Source of the DNA: a virus
Length of the DNA stretch: 64,000 nt
IMG/VR virus record: IMGVR_UViG_3300024262_000015
Coordinates: 1-64,000 of that record
Direction: 5' to 3' (one strand)
Numbering within the stretch: the stretch's first letter is position 1; each line of letters starts with the position of its first letter. Under the pieces are notes generated by a model. That model ran no database searches. It worked only from the letters and a program-made list of their open reading frames with translations, and was not told where the DNA came from. Positions 19,390 through 29,707 of the stretch are shown in pieces. Both the position numbers and the translations under genes were made by a program.

Positions 19390-20210
19390 TGCACGCACAT
19401 ATAATCCAAAAAAAAGCCGAGTCTAAAGCTGATCTGCCATTATCGGTTAGCAAAGTAAAAACGTTTGAAGATTGTAAGGCCAAGTATAAGTATAATTATA
19501 TTGAAAAGTTACCAAGGAAAACATGGGACTTCCATGTTTTTGGACAATTTGTTCATGCGGTTTTAGAAGATTATCATAAAGAAGTCATGGAAGGCACAAC
19601 GGAATGGCCTCATGAAATAATGAGTAGGGCTTTTAATTACAGACGAAAGCGGTATAAGTCCTTAAAGCCTCCCCAAATTAAAGAAGGTTGGGAGATAGTT
19701 AATAATTATCTCAAACAAATAAGCAGCCACCACCCCAATGTAATGGCTGTAGAGCGTCACTTTTACATCGATGTTGACCAGTCGGTTTTAGTTAATGGTT
19801 TTATTGATCGCATTGATTTAGACGATGATGGCATCTTGCATGTTGCGGACTATAAAACAACCAAAAATAAAAAGTATTTAAAAGATTTTTTCCAGCTAAT
19901 CACTTATGCATGGCTTTTAATGTTAGAAGATCCATCTATCGAAATGGTTCGCGGGTCTTTTATCTTATTACGTCATAATTCAGAATGGCTAACTAGAGAA
20001 ATTAGGAGGGAGGATGTAGAGATTGTTTCAGAAAAATACCTGAAACGTGCAGCCGAGATAAGAACAGAAAAACTTTGGCGTACATCTCCTTCTCCTTTGT
20101 GTAACTTTTGTGATTTTCTTAGCAATTGCAAAGATGGTCGTCAATTTGTTAGCCGCTTAGGCAAAAATCGGAGCAATCCTACGCCACTATATGGAAAGCA
20201 ATCCTGGTGA
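19389..20210 (+). CDS. PD-(D/E)XK exonuclease (RecB/AddB-like, 4-Cys)
   Basis: LSVSKV..FEDC, GQFVH, GFIDRID, DYKT, QLITYA, CNFCDF..C; TAATG overlap gives start 19389. Confidence 0.9.
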   Translation: MHAHIIQKKAESKADLPLSVSKVKTFEDCKAKYKYNYIEKLPRKTWDFHVFGQFVHAVLEDYHKEVMEGTTEWPHEIMSRAFNYRRKRYKSLKPPQIKEGWEIVNNYLKQISSHHPNVMAVERHFYIDVDQSVLVNGFIDRIDLDDDGILHVADYKTTKNKKYLKDFFQLITYAWLLMLEDPSIEMVRGSFILLRHNSEWLTREIRREDVEIVSEKYLKRAAEIRTEKLWRTSPSPLCNFCDFLSNCKDGRQFVSRLGKNRSNPTPLYGKQSW

Positions 20211-20213
20211 GCG

Positions 20214-20405
20214 ATGACAAAAAAAACAGAGAAACGTGTCTTATTAGACGCTATTGAATTTTGGCAAGGCTTTTTAGAAGGCATCAACTGGAGTTTGGCA
20301 AACCCTTCTGAAACTGCTAAAGAAAGAATACTAGATGTAGAGGTATTAATTGATGAATACCGGTCTCGTCTAAAACAAACTAGTTCACGGAGGAGAAAGA
20401 AATGA
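20214..20405 (+). CDS. Small hypothetical protein
   Basis: 63 aa; stop overlaps the tig ATG. Confidence 0.55.
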   Translation: MTKKTEKRVLLDAIEFWQGFLEGINWSLANPSETAKERILDVEVLIDEYRSRLKQTSSRRRKK

Positions 20406-21655
20406 GAGTTGAAACGCAAGATTTAGGAGATTCATCGTTTTTGTTTCTCTATGAGGCAGACCCCGAGGTAGTAGAAGAAAAACTTGAAACTGCTATCGAC
20501 CAATTTAAAGACGTAGATATCCCTGGGTTCCGAAAAGGTAAGGCCACACCAAACGCAATTCGAGTTCATAAGAAAAAAGAAATTGATCAATTGGTAAAAC
20601 AAGAGCTTGCGGTTCAGGCGTATGATGAGATTCTGTATGACACAGGAATGAAGGTTGTAGGATCTCCACACTTTACAGAAGTAAAATTAACCGGTAAAAA
20701 GTTTAGTTGTAAAATGGCTGTTGTCAAACGGCCCGAATTTGAGTTAGTTGATTTAAAAGAGCTAGTCATCCCTCCTCTAGAAATACCTGAACAAGATTTG
20801 GAAAATACTTTAGATGTTCTCTGTCATCGCCATGGCTCTCTTAATCCGTTTGGGGAAGAAGATGTGGTAGGAGAAGGAGACAAATTAACTTTAGATATAT
20901 CTTATACGATTGACGAGGAAGAAACAGTCCTAGATTCACAGCCCTATGATGTTGGCTCCCAAGGCTATCCGGGTTTAGATGATGAGATAATCGGAATGAA
21001 GATTAATGAAGAAAAGGAATATACATTTAATAATGGCGGAAAGGACTATGCTTTTAAAGTTAAAGTTAAAATGGGATTAAAAAATGTCCCGGCTGATTTA
21101 GATGATGAATTAGCTAAGAAATATAAATTAGAAAATGTTGAACAATTAATTGGGGAAGTAGAAAAATCTCAAACAGCTTATAACAATAAAAAGCAGGCCA
21201 TGTATCAACGCACTGAAACCGCTCAATGGCTAGTTAACCATCATGAGTTTGAAGTTCCTGCTTCCCTTATCCTTGAGGAAACCAAAGTCTTTGCTGCTCG
21301 AAACGGGTTAGAGATAGCAAGCCTGGGAGAAGAAGAAATGAAGACCGTTGCATCAGAAGCGTGCAACTCTGTAAAATTAGCGCTAGTCTTAGAGGCAGTC
21401 AGAGAAGATCATCCGGAGAGCTTCTTGTCCGATCAAGAGGCGATCCAAGGATTAGCGGGAAGAGCAAAAGAAATGGGTCAAGATCCCCAGAAAACTATTA
21501 CTCTTTTGCAACAACGAGGGTTTCTAGCCTCGTCCCTTCAATCCGTTAAGGATGAATATACTCTTCATTGGATAACAACATTTACAAATAACGAGGTAAG
21601 AAATGTCCAAGTGCCCCGAGAACTTCCCCCCGAAGTGGTTCAAGAAACTAAGTGA
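20402..21655 (+). CDS. tig: Trigger factor
   Basis: Ribosome-binding signature IPGFRKGKA; FKBP-like middle (PGLDDEIIGMK); DLDDELAK; FEVPASLI; ~417 aa. Confidence 0.9.
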   Translation: MRVETQDLGDSSFLFLYEADPEVVEEKLETAIDQFKDVDIPGFRKGKATPNAIRVHKKKEIDQLVKQELAVQAYDEILYDTGMKVVGSPHFTEVKLTGKKFSCKMAVVKRPEFELVDLKELVIPPLEIPEQDLENTLDVLCHRHGSLNPFGEEDVVGEGDKLTLDISYTIDEEETVLDSQPYDVGSQGYPGLDDEIIGMKINEEKEYTFNNGGKDYAFKVKVKMGLKNVPADLDDELAKKYKLENVEQLIGEVEKSQTAYNNKKQAMYQRTETAQWLVNHHEFEVPASLILEETKVFAARNGLEIASLGEEEMKTVASEACNSVKLALVLEAVREDHPESFLSDQEAIQGLAGRAKEMGQDPQKTITLLQQRGFLASSLQSVKDEYTLHWITTFTNNEVRNVQVPRELPPEVVQETK

Positions 21656-21887
21656 TGATTTTGTAACAAGTGTAGAAACTCTATCATCCGAAGAAATAGA
21701 AAAAACCGTTCTAAAAGCTGAAGGCGTCATATCTGATACAGAAAAGGAAATGAGTGAAGACGCCAAACTCAATACTCTTAAGGAGGATGTTAAGTTTCTA
21801 AGCACTGGATATAAGGATGTCATCAGCGCAGAAAAGGCAAAGACCAAATATTGTCTTCACGTAATGAGGCTTAGAGGCTTGCGGTGA
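21603..21887 (+). CDS. Hypothetical coiled-coil protein
   Basis: 94 aa; GAGG RBS. Confidence 0.65.
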   Translation: MSKCPENFPPKWFKKLSDDFVTSVETLSSEEIEKTVLKAEGVISDTEKEMSEDAKLNTLKEDVKFLSTGYKDVISAEKAKTKYCLHVMRLRGLR

Positions 21888-22168
21888 TAACAAAAACAGC
21901 AGTTAAATCCTGCTGTGGGTCTGTGGGCTACACTTTAACTTTGTCCAAGGCTCTTCAAAAAACCCACTTATCGGTATTTGCTGGTGCCGGCTATGGCCTT
22001 TCTCCGGCTTATACTAAAAGTGGGGTTTTTTATGTCCAAAAAAAGGGCATTGCTGCCACTGGAGTCTTCGGAATGCGGAGGCTCCAGGTTAGGTGCAGTA
22101 GCAAAAAAATATGCGACTCGTTGGTTCAAGAATTAGAAACGCTTTTAGTTAAGGTTTTACATGGATAA
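21884..22168 (+). CDS. Small Cys-containing hypothetical protein
   Basis: GTGA-coupled; SCCG...C...C. Confidence 0.6.
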   Translation: MITKTAVKSCCGSVGYTLTLSKALQKTHLSVFAGAGYGLSPAYTKSGVFYVQKKGIAATGVFGMRRLQVRCSSKKICDSLVQELETLLVKVLHG

Positions 22169-22535
22169 GATATTAGAATTAGTTAATAACCTTCCTCGTG
22201 CAGGTCAGGTAGATTCTTTATCTGAATATTGTAGGAAACAAACCGAAACACCTGTTTATAAACAGCTTAATATGGTAGTTTCTAATTCTTCTTTTGGTCT
22301 TAAACATCTTCGTGAAGTAATTACTTATCTAATAGATTTAGATGAGTCTGTAGCTTTAACTAATAATACCGACCAAAAATTGGTTTTATGCCTTTTATTG
22401 CTTGCTGATTACGATAAACCCACTTTAAGCTGGGCCACGCAGGCGCTTCATGGGACCAATCATTTTTGGGCCTCTTGTGTTTCCAAATCCCTTGTTCTGA
22501 GTCAATATGTAAAGGAGGAGGCGCCCAAAGTATGA
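22161..22535 (+). CDS. Hypothetical protein
   Basis: 124 aa; stop overlaps the dnaE ATG. Confidence 0.6.
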   Translation: MDKILELVNNLPRAGQVDSLSEYCRKQTETPVYKQLNMVVSNSSFGLKHLREVITYLIDLDESVALTNNTDQKLVLCLLLLADYDKPTLSWATQALHGTNHFWASCVSKSLVLSQYVKEEAPKV

Positions 22536-25500
22536 GCTTTGTATCGCTACATAGCCGGACCTTTTTTTCTATCCTTCGAGCCCTATCATCACCGGAAGCC
22601 CTTTTTCAAAAGGCTAAAGAGTTAAATCAATCAGCTATAGCTATTACAGATTATTGTTCGGCTGCAGGAATGGCCGATGCTCTTCAGGAAAGTAAAAAGA
22701 CTGGAGTAAAGCTAATACCAGGGGTTGAGCTAAATTTCGTTCCTGTTATTTCCGAGGAGCAATCAAAAGATTATAGAACTCTGGTTTTTCTGGCTAAGAA
22801 TGAACAGGGATACAAAAATCTTTTATGTTTAATTAAAAAAGGTTTTGATAATCATGTTAGTGCGTTTAAGAAAGCTGTTCCTCAAACTACTTGGGAACAC
22901 TTAGAAGAATTTAAAGAGGGTTTGATTTGTTTAAGTGGAGATGGGCAAGGATATATATCTCAGCTTTTGATGGCACGAGAAACTGATCTAGCAACAACTG
23001 CAGCCCTCAAATTAAAATCTATTTTTAAAGATGATTTTTATATTGAGCTTAACCCCTCTTCTCTAAGAAGACTGGACAACCCTTGGTCTGGACCAATTGA
23101 CCAAAACTTTATCAATCGCAAGCTAAAAACTCTAGCTATTGAAAATGATCTTCAATGGGTTATTACCCCTACAACATTTTATACTACTCCAGAAGAGTTT
23201 GAGCTTCATGATGTTCTGTTAGCTATTAATTGTGGACACCCTAAGTTTGTTCAATCTAGATTAAAATTTAATACAAACGATTTCTACCTTCAATCTGAAG
23301 AACAAACTAAAAACTTTTTCCTCCGTCATAAATCCTTTTGGGGAGAAAGCTTCATTCAAAAAGGGATAGCCAACACTCAGATTATTGCTGATCGGTGTGG
23401 TTCGGCTGAGTATGTAGACCCCAAATATAGCAATCCATCAGGTAAAGAACTTCCAGTCTTTCCTGTAGAAAAGCAAAAAGACTATGAGCTTTTTGCACAT
23501 TGGAGAAAAAAGCTAAAGCCTCCAGGAAAATTAGATACCGATTACTTAAAATTTAAATGTATTAGAAAACTAATTTCTTTGGGCATTAGAGATCTTACAC
23601 CTTATAAAAAAAGATTGGAAGAAGAACTTGAAGTATTAGATTATAAAGGGTTTTGTTCTTACATGCTAATTGTAAGTGACTTCATGAGAGAGGCCAATGA
23701 TCGGGGCGTAAAAACTGGGCCAGGCCGAGGGTCAGTAGGCGGATCTTTGATTGGTTACTTGTCCGGCCTTCATAGGTTGGACCCGCTAAAATATGGATTA
23801 ATCTTTGAGCGATTCATTAATAAGTACAAAGAAGCCTACCCGGATGCGGATCAAGATATTGCTCCTTCAGGACGCGGGTACATTAAAGCTTACCTAGAAG
23901 ATCTTTATGGGGCTAATAATGTTGCTAACGTTAGTAATATTAATACGATTACTCCCAAAGTTTACGCTAGGGACATTTCTCGTTCTTGCCAATTTGGGGG
24001 AGATCGAGGGGCTGCCGTATATATAGGAGACCAAATTGCTAGCTCTATCCCTGATTCTGCCCATACTTTTGAACAAGCCTTTATTGAATCATTCTTATTT
24101 AGGGAGTTTTGTGAAAAGTATCCAGAGCTTGTAGAATACAAAGATTTATGTGGCCTTCCTAGAGCATGGGGCACACACGCTGGTGGATTTATTATAGGAG
24201 CCAGATCTCTAGTAGGATTGGTTCCAGTACGAAGAGATAATGATGGCAACTTAGTTTTGGAATATGATAAAGTCCGCGCTGAAGCTAATGGGTTAGTTAA
24301 AATAGATATTTTAGGGCTTACTACTCTAGACATCATTTCTCATACCCATGAATTAATCAAAGAGCAAGGCAAGCCCTTACCTCCCTCTCCGTTGCCCCTT
24401 AATGATCCTGAAGCCTATAAACTAATTAGTAAAGGCAAAACCGAATGCGTGTTCCAATTAAATGGGGCAGCGGTTCATTTATGTAAAAAGATTAAACCAA
24501 AAAACATTGAAGAAATTTCAATTATTAATACTTTAGTTCGTCCAGCAGCAAAAGATATTCAAGACGATTTCATTGCAACCAAGGATGGAAAAAAGAAAGT
24601 AGAACTTTTACATCCTCTTTTGGAACGAGCCTTTAAAGAGACTTACGGATTTGGCCTTTATGAAGAGTGTTTAATGGTCATTGCAGAAGATGTAGCAGGG
24701 TGGGATCTTAATGATGCTGATGCACTTAGGAAGCTCACGAAAGAAAAAGGAAAGAACCCTGAAAAGGTTAAAAAGTGGAAAGAAGATTTTATTGAGGGAG
24801 CGGTTAAAAATAAAAATCTTTCTCAAAAAGACGGGGAATTTATTTGGGACGAGGTAGTAGCCAAATTCGGAGCCTATTCATTTAATCATAGCCACTCTAT
24901 TGCCTACTCACTTACCTCCTATGAAACCGCTTATCTAAAAGCTCATTACTTTCTAGAGTTTTTGGTTTCCAATCTCAAGTTTAACCTTGCTTCAGCCAGC
25001 CCAAAAGCTGAAGGAACGGTTTTAGCGATTAAGAAAGAGCTACGACTTGGGGGGATAAACATTTTGCCTCCTGATATTAACTCTTCAGAAAATGGCTATA
25101 AAATTATTGATGACAAAACAATCCTTATGGGTCTGGACTCAATAAAGTTCGTTGGAAAACCAGCCCAGGAACAAATTCTTTTGCATCGACCATTCTCCTC
25201 ATTAGAAGATCTTTTAATGAGAACGGAAGGTCGTAAGCTTAGGATGCCCGCCATTCAAGCTCTTGCAGCTAGTGGAGCGCTACGATCTTTTAATCAAACA
25301 CGAAAAGAATTGTTTTTATATAGTGGAGATTTTAAAAAGAAACTTGCTTCTTATGACAAGAGAACGCTTCTTAACCAAACAGGATTTCATTATCCATGGC
25401 CTGAGACAGAAGAATGGACCGAAGTAGAACAGTATGGGTTGGAAAAACATTTTCTAGGAGAAGGTCTTTCTGCCAATGCCAAACGCCTTTATCCAGGCTT

Positions 25501-26098
25501 CTTTGAAGGGCCAGGAATGGAGGAAGGAGACGAGCTAGAGTTTTCTCTTTTGGGCAATGTGTTTCCTTACAAAAAGCGTCATTCGGTTCTTAAAGCAGAT
25601 AGAAAAGCTAATAGTCATAAAATAGATAGCTCAACTAATCCACCAGGCCTTAAGGGAATTCTTACTCAGTTTTACAGCTTCCGAGTTAAAAATCCAGATA
25701 GCTCTATATTTGGAGAAGAAATGGCCAGAGGTATTTTAGAGGATATTTGGGGCAACGAACTTATATTACTAGTCTTCCCTGAAGCTTTAGGCCGAGCGAG
25801 AGAGACTATTAGAAAACTGTCTAGAGGAGAGTCGTCACTAGATTCAGATCGTTTGGCTCTTTTAGTAGAAGGCACCTTTCAACATGAGGGCTCAACAGGC
25901 CAAATATTTATTTTAGAAGATATAGTAGACTTTAAAGAAGAACCACAAAAACCATCCGATAAAGACCTGAAAGCCCAAAAAGTAATTATGAAGATTGCAC
26001 CACCTAGGAAAAGAGTTAAACAATATACCAAAGAACAATTAAAAGAGCAACTGGAATTAGAAATGGTTGAACAAGGTTTCTCATTAGAAAAGTCTTAA
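22532..26098 (+). CDS. dnaE: DNA polymerase III alpha subunit (family C)
   Basis: PHP domain (MSFVSLH..., AIAITD, GVE), GPGRGSVGGSL, FERF, PDADQD, KIDILGL, YSFNHSHS, PPDINSS; AGGAGG RBS before ATG 22532. Confidence 0.96.
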   Translation: MSFVSLHSRTFFSILRALSSPEALFQKAKELNQSAIAITDYCSAAGMADALQESKKTGVKLIPGVELNFVPVISEEQSKDYRTLVFLAKNEQGYKNLLCLIKKGFDNHVSAFKKAVPQTTWEHLEEFKEGLICLSGDGQGYISQLLMARETDLATTAALKLKSIFKDDFYIELNPSSLRRLDNPWSGPIDQNFINRKLKTLAIENDLQWVITPTTFYTTPEEFELHDVLLAINCGHPKFVQSRLKFNTNDFYLQSEEQTKNFFLRHKSFWGESFIQKGIANTQIIADRCGSAEYVDPKYSNPSGKELPVFPVEKQKDYELFAHWRKKLKPPGKLDTDYLKFKCIRKLISLGIRDLTPYKKRLEEELEVLDYKGFCSYMLIVSDFMREANDRGVKTGPGRGSVGGSLIGYLSGLHRLDPLKYGLIFERFINKYKEAYPDADQDIAPSGRGYIKAYLEDLYGANNVANVSNINTITPKVYARDISRSCQFGGDRGAAVYIGDQIASSIPDSAHTFEQAFIESFLFREFCEKYPELVEYKDLCGLPRAWGTHAGGFIIGARSLVGLVPVRRDNDGNLVLEYDKVRAEANGLVKIDILGLTTLDIISHTHELIKEQGKPLPPSPLPLNDPEAYKLISKGKTECVFQLNGAAVHLCKKIKPKNIEEISIINTLVRPAAKDIQDDFIATKDGKKKVELLHPLLERAFKETYGFGLYEECLMVIAEDVAGWDLNDADALRKLTKEKGKNPEKVKKWKEDFIEGAVKNKNLSQKDGEFIWDEVVAKFGAYSFNHSHSIAYSLTSYETAYLKAHYFLEFLVSNLKFNLASASPKAEGTVLAIKKELRLGGINILPPDINSSENGYKIIDDKTILMGLDSIKFVGKPAQEQILLHRPFSSLEDLLMRTEGRKLRMPAIQALAASGALRSFNQTRKELFLYSGDFKKKLASYDKRTLLNQTGFHYPWPETEEWTEVEQYGLEKHFLGEGLSANAKRLYPGFFEGPGMEEGDELEFSLLGNVFPYKKRHSVLKADRKANSHKIDSSTNPPGLKGILTQFYSFRVKNPDSSIFGEEMARGILEDIWGNELILLVFPEALGRARETIRKLSRGESSLDSDRLALLVEGTFQHEGSTGQIFILEDIVDFKEEPQKPSDKDLKAQKVIMKIAPPRKRVKQYTKEQLKEQLELEMVEQGFSLEKS

Positions 26099-26107
26099 GG
26101 AAAAATT

Positions 26108-26860
26108 ATGATATGCCAAAACTGTTCTGTAGAAATACCTCCAGCTTGGGTTGCAGCTATTGCGTCTAACCAATGCCCAGCTTGTTCAGGGCCTATTATG
26201 GATGATGCCGCCCAAGCTCTGATGGAGGGTTTAGCTACGGCATTAAAACAAATGCCCAATAACCCTCAAGGAATAGCGGGATGGATTCTTAGCAACTTCC
26301 AAGTGCGTCAAATTGGCGACGCTCTGCCTGTAGATCATTTTCATGGAGACCGCCCACCTCAAGAACATCAGGCTCAAGCGGCTAATCCAAATTATCCATC
26401 TAGTCATCAACGATACTTGGGAAATAAACATGAGGCCACCAAAGGAATCCAGGCCACCAATGCTAAACTTGCACACTTAGCTCAATCCATTCAAGGAAAC
26501 CAAAATAGCATGTATGGTGGGGAAGAAGAAGAGTTAAATGTCACAGAAGATTTTGATCCTTCTGGTCCTAGTAAAGCCGATATTGAAGCTGCTGCAGAAT
26601 TAATGGGAACATCTCTACCTAGAAACAGGGAAGGTCAGTCCTCTCCACCAGTTAAATTAAAAGATCTTTTAGCATCTCAAGCGGGTGCCCTAGTTAATCC
26701 AAATGCTAAATCTTTAACTTCAGAAGAAATAAGCCAACTAGAAGCAATTAAGGACCGAGGATCTAATGAGTCAGATGCTCTTATGAAGGAACGAATGAAA
26801 AGGGTTAGTGCTCAAAAAAACTTCGATATGGGAACGGGAAGCTTTAGGAGATCAGAATGA
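26108..26860 (+). CDS. Zn-ribbon protein
   Basis: N-terminal CQNC...CPAC. Confidence 0.7.
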   Translation: MICQNCSVEIPPAWVAAIASNQCPACSGPIMDDAAQALMEGLATALKQMPNNPQGIAGWILSNFQVRQIGDALPVDHFHGDRPPQEHQAQAANPNYPSSHQRYLGNKHEATKGIQATNAKLAHLAQSIQGNQNSMYGGEEEELNVTEDFDPSGPSKADIEAAAELMGTSLPRNREGQSSPPVKLKDLLASQAGALVNPNAKSLTSEEISQLEAIKDRGSNESDALMKERMKRVSAQKNFDMGTGSFRRSE

Positions 26861-27225
26861 GCGTCCACTCTATTAAAATAATTGATAATAAACGTATTTT
26901 ATTAACTAATGATGAGTGGAAGTTTTATAAAAGTTTATGCAAAGCTTATGAAACAGATAACCAAAGAGGCGAAGAATTCTTTAAAGAACATTTCGAAACA
27001 AATAAACATGGTATACTAACCTTTGTTCGTCCTCCTCATAAAAGATATTCTAGCCTGGAAATTTATACTTTTCTAGTTTCTATCATGATTAACCAGCACT
27101 TGCGACTCATGCAAAGCCAGGTTGACACTCTTATAAAGGAAGCCACAAAAAAATATGGCGAAATTGTGGAGCAAGTCACTCAGAGTGCTAAACTAGCTGA
27201 GACCCCACCCCACAAGGAGAAATAA
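26857..27225 (+). CDS. Hypothetical protein
   Basis: 122 aa, ATGA-coupled. Confidence 0.7.
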   Translation: MSVHSIKIIDNKRILLTNDEWKFYKSLCKAYETDNQRGEEFFKEHFETNKHGILTFVRPPHKRYSSLEIYTFLVSIMINQHLRLMQSQVDTLIKEATKKYGEIVEQVTQSAKLAETPPHKEK

Positions 27226-27226
27226 T

Positions 27227-27682
27227 GTGGCTTTAAAAGATATCGAGAAAGCGTTTGAAGAGCAGGTCAAAGCTATTACTGAAGAAACGGATTCATTTTA
27301 CAAAGGAGTTAGCAACCCTGATGATGCAAAGAAGGTAGCGCTCTTATGTTTGAAAGCTAAATATAACGGAAATCTCCTGGTTAACCAAGCAGAGTATCGA
27401 GCCAAATGCATTAAGCGAGATATTGAGTTTGTTAAAACTGATACCTATTCTAAAATCCGCAAAGACTCTACAACTAAAATGACCGAGGCTACTGTAAATA
27501 ATGAAGTCATGATGGCAAAAGAGGTTAGAGAAACAATCTCCTCACACCTTAAACATGAAAAGGATGCTAAAAATTATCATGGCTTAATGGACTGGATCCA
27601 AGAAACCCACTTAACTTTTCGTCAGTTCTCTAAACAAGAAGACATGGCTAGGGAACGAATTGAGCAAAGTAAAAAACTATGA
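27227..27682 (+). CDS. UvsY-like recombination mediator (putative)
   Basis: All-helical 151 aa with KMTEATV motif, directly upstream of the recombinase. Confidence 0.5.
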   Translation: MALKDIEKAFEEQVKAITEETDSFYKGVSNPDDAKKVALLCLKAKYNGNLLVNQAEYRAKCIKRDIEFVKTDTYSKIRKDSTTKMTEATVNNEVMMAKEVRETISSHLKHEKDAKNYHGLMDWIQETHLTFRQFSKQEDMARERIEQSKKL

Positions 27683-28605
27683 TTGATGTTAGTGCTTTAG
27701 TAGCTTCTGTTAAAGGAAGATACAGCAAAAAAGAACAAGGTCTGGCCACAGCTATTACCTTAGGAAATGAGCTTTATCTTCCTACCCATGATGATGCTTT
27801 TGTCTTGGCTAGTGGTTTTCCTTTTTGGCAAGAACTAACTGGCCTTAAAGGTATCCCGTTTGGTAGGATAGTTCAGTTTTCTGGGCGTCCTGATTCCGGA
27901 AAGAGCACTATGGCCTGCCTTTTTATGAAGGCAGCACAGGAACAAGGAGTGCTTGTTGTTCTGTGGGATGCCGAAAAGAAGTTTGATTCTAAACGCCTTG
28001 CAAAGATGGGCGGTAAACCAGATGAGATTTTGGTATGCCGCTCTAAGCTTATTCAAGAGGGTATGAAACAATTTACCTTTGCTATTCAAGAAGCTAAAAA
28101 AATAGATCCTAAAGTAAAGATTTTATTTGTTTGGGACTCTGTAGCTGCCAGTCTTAATGCTTTAGAGTCTGAAGAAAAAGAAGACTGGTCTAATCAGCCT
28201 GGTGTTCAAGCTAAAGAAGTTAATCGAGTTTGTAAAAGAATAAACCAATTAATGGAAAAGTATCGAGATCCTGATACGGGAGAAGATACGATGTGTGCCA
28301 TTGCCGTTAATCAAGTTTATAAGAACATCGGAAGTGTAGGGGTTGTAGAAAAGGGTGGAGAGGGGCTATTCTATGCTTGCAGTCTTATTCTTCAACTAAC
28401 CCGCAAAAAAGATTTGGTGCGTCAGCGAAAAGGCAAATCCATGAAGTACGGAATTTTGTCTAAAGCTAAGGTTAAAAAGAACCATTTGTTTGACGCAGAC
28501 GAATGCGTGGCTACACTAGATATAGTTGTATCCGCCAAAACAATAGAGTTAGGCGAAGAAGTTAAACAACGTGCCGACATAACCGAAGAGGAAGATAATG
28601 AATAA
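27679..28605 (+). CDS. recA: RecA/UvsX recombinase
   Basis: GIPFGRIVQFSGRPDSGKST, WDAE, FVWDSV, VNQ, KGGEGL. Confidence 0.92.
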   Translation: MIDVSALVASVKGRYSKKEQGLATAITLGNELYLPTHDDAFVLASGFPFWQELTGLKGIPFGRIVQFSGRPDSGKSTMACLFMKAAQEQGVLVVLWDAEKKFDSKRLAKMGGKPDEILVCRSKLIQEGMKQFTFAIQEAKKIDPKVKILFVWDSVAASLNALESEEKEDWSNQPGVQAKEVNRVCKRINQLMEKYRDPDTGEDTMCAIAVNQVYKNIGSVGVVEKGGEGLFYACSLILQLTRKKDLVRQRKGKSMKYGILSKAKVKKNHLFDADECVATLDIVVSAKTIELGEEVKQRADITEEEDNE

Positions 28606-28915
28606 CCCAGCAAAAGAAGCAGCCAAAGCTGTTTATCTAATAAAAACAGAAGACCCAACAGAAAAAAAGGGAGTGGTTTATTACCGCTCTCAAGACGTAG
28701 AAAATCGAGGGACTTTTATTTCCCTTCGAGGCTCATTAATCGATGAGAAGGCTGTAGCTGATGTATTAGCCAATCCCCTAAATGAAATTGGGGAAGAGAT
28801 TAATGTTGAGCTACCTTTAAGCAGAGTTATTTCAATTCGAAATGCTACTTACTCAGGTACAAAGACAACAAAGCGCAAAGCAATCTTGCGCTCTGAAGGT
28901 GGACAAATCCTTTAA
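28598..28915 (+). CDS. Hypothetical protein
   Basis: 105 aa; GAGG RBS. Confidence 0.65.
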   Translation: MNNPAKEAAKAVYLIKTEDPTEKKGVVYYRSQDVENRGTFISLRGSLIDEKAVADVLANPLNEIGEEINVELPLSRVISIRNATYSGTKTTKRKAILRSEGGQIL

Positions 28916-28928
28916 GGAGAAAAAGACA

Positions 28929-29612
28929 ATGGTGAAATTTGGATTATCAAGCTGGGGCGGCAATGGGCAGGCTAAAAAACAAAACACTGGGGAACGAATT
29001 CCGTTTCTCAAAACTAAGAATGGTAATAACCTCATTAGAATTGTAACTGGCCCTTATGTTCAACAACAAGCCTGGGTAGTAAACGCCAATACGGGTAAAA
29101 AAATGCCTATTCGTAGTGCTGTTAATGACTGCCCTCTCAGGGAAGCGGGCATTGAAATTGACGAAAAAAGTCTTGTTGGGGTTCTAATGCGTCCTTCAAT
29201 TAATGATCCAGAAGGAAAGTCTTCTCTGGGAATCCTGACCCTCTCTCCTGGTCTCAAACGTCAAATCGATGACCTTGTAGAAGAAGAAGGCTACGAGGAT
29301 ATCACGTCCTATGATATCAACATTAAACGCAAAGACGGCGAAGTTCCGGCAAACTTTTATAAGGTTCTTCCACGGCCTGTGAAAGCTCTTTCGGATGAAG
29401 ATGAAACCATGCTTGAAGGAAGACGAGAAGATCTCCTGAACACCCTGGAGCGCATCACTACGCCTCTTTCTGTTGATGAGGTACGAGAGCAGATGATCAA
29501 GGCTGGAATTAAGCCTGGCTCCTCTCAGTCTAAGCCCAAGGAAGAAACTTCTTTCATTCCTCCTAAGGCCGATTCAGATGATGATGATATATATAATTTT
29601 GAACCCGCGTGA
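28929..29612 (+). CDS. Single-stranded DNA-binding protein (gp32-like, putative)
   Basis: FLK.KNG.NLIRIV, YDINIKR, acidic/aromatic tail DSDDDDIYNFEPA; TAAGGAG RBS; located near recA. Confidence 0.75.
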   Translation: MVKFGLSSWGGNGQAKKQNTGERIPFLKTKNGNNLIRIVTGPYVQQQAWVVNANTGKKMPIRSAVNDCPLREAGIEIDEKSLVGVLMRPSINDPEGKSSLGILTLSPGLKRQIDDLVEEEGYEDITSYDINIKRKDGEVPANFYKVLPRPVKALSDEDETMLEGRREDLLNTLERITTPLSVDEVREQMIKAGIKPGSSQSKPKEETSFIPPKADSDDDDIYNFEPA

Positions 29613-29661
29613 TCCTTGTGCAGTAGACTGTGCCTTAACTTAGTTGTAATGGGTGGGGGAG

Positions 29662-29694
29662 TCCCGCCTGGGTTAAACCAGGCGGGATTTTTTT
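29662..29694 (+). terminator. Rho-independent terminator
   Basis: Perfect 10-bp stem tcccgcctgg/ccaggcggga, 6-nt loop, then T7. Confidence 0.92.
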
Positions 29695-29707
29695 GTAGGC
29701 AGTTTCC

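Noticed and set aside
19389-20210. Cas4 / CRISPR adaptation module
   Set aside because: No cas1, cas2 or array; it fits a stand-alone AddB/RecB-like phage exonuclease.
29613-29707. tRNA or other ncRNA in the GC-rich gap after the SSB gene
   Set aside because: The structure is explained by a single terminator hairpin plus T-tract; no cloverleaf or T-loop motif.
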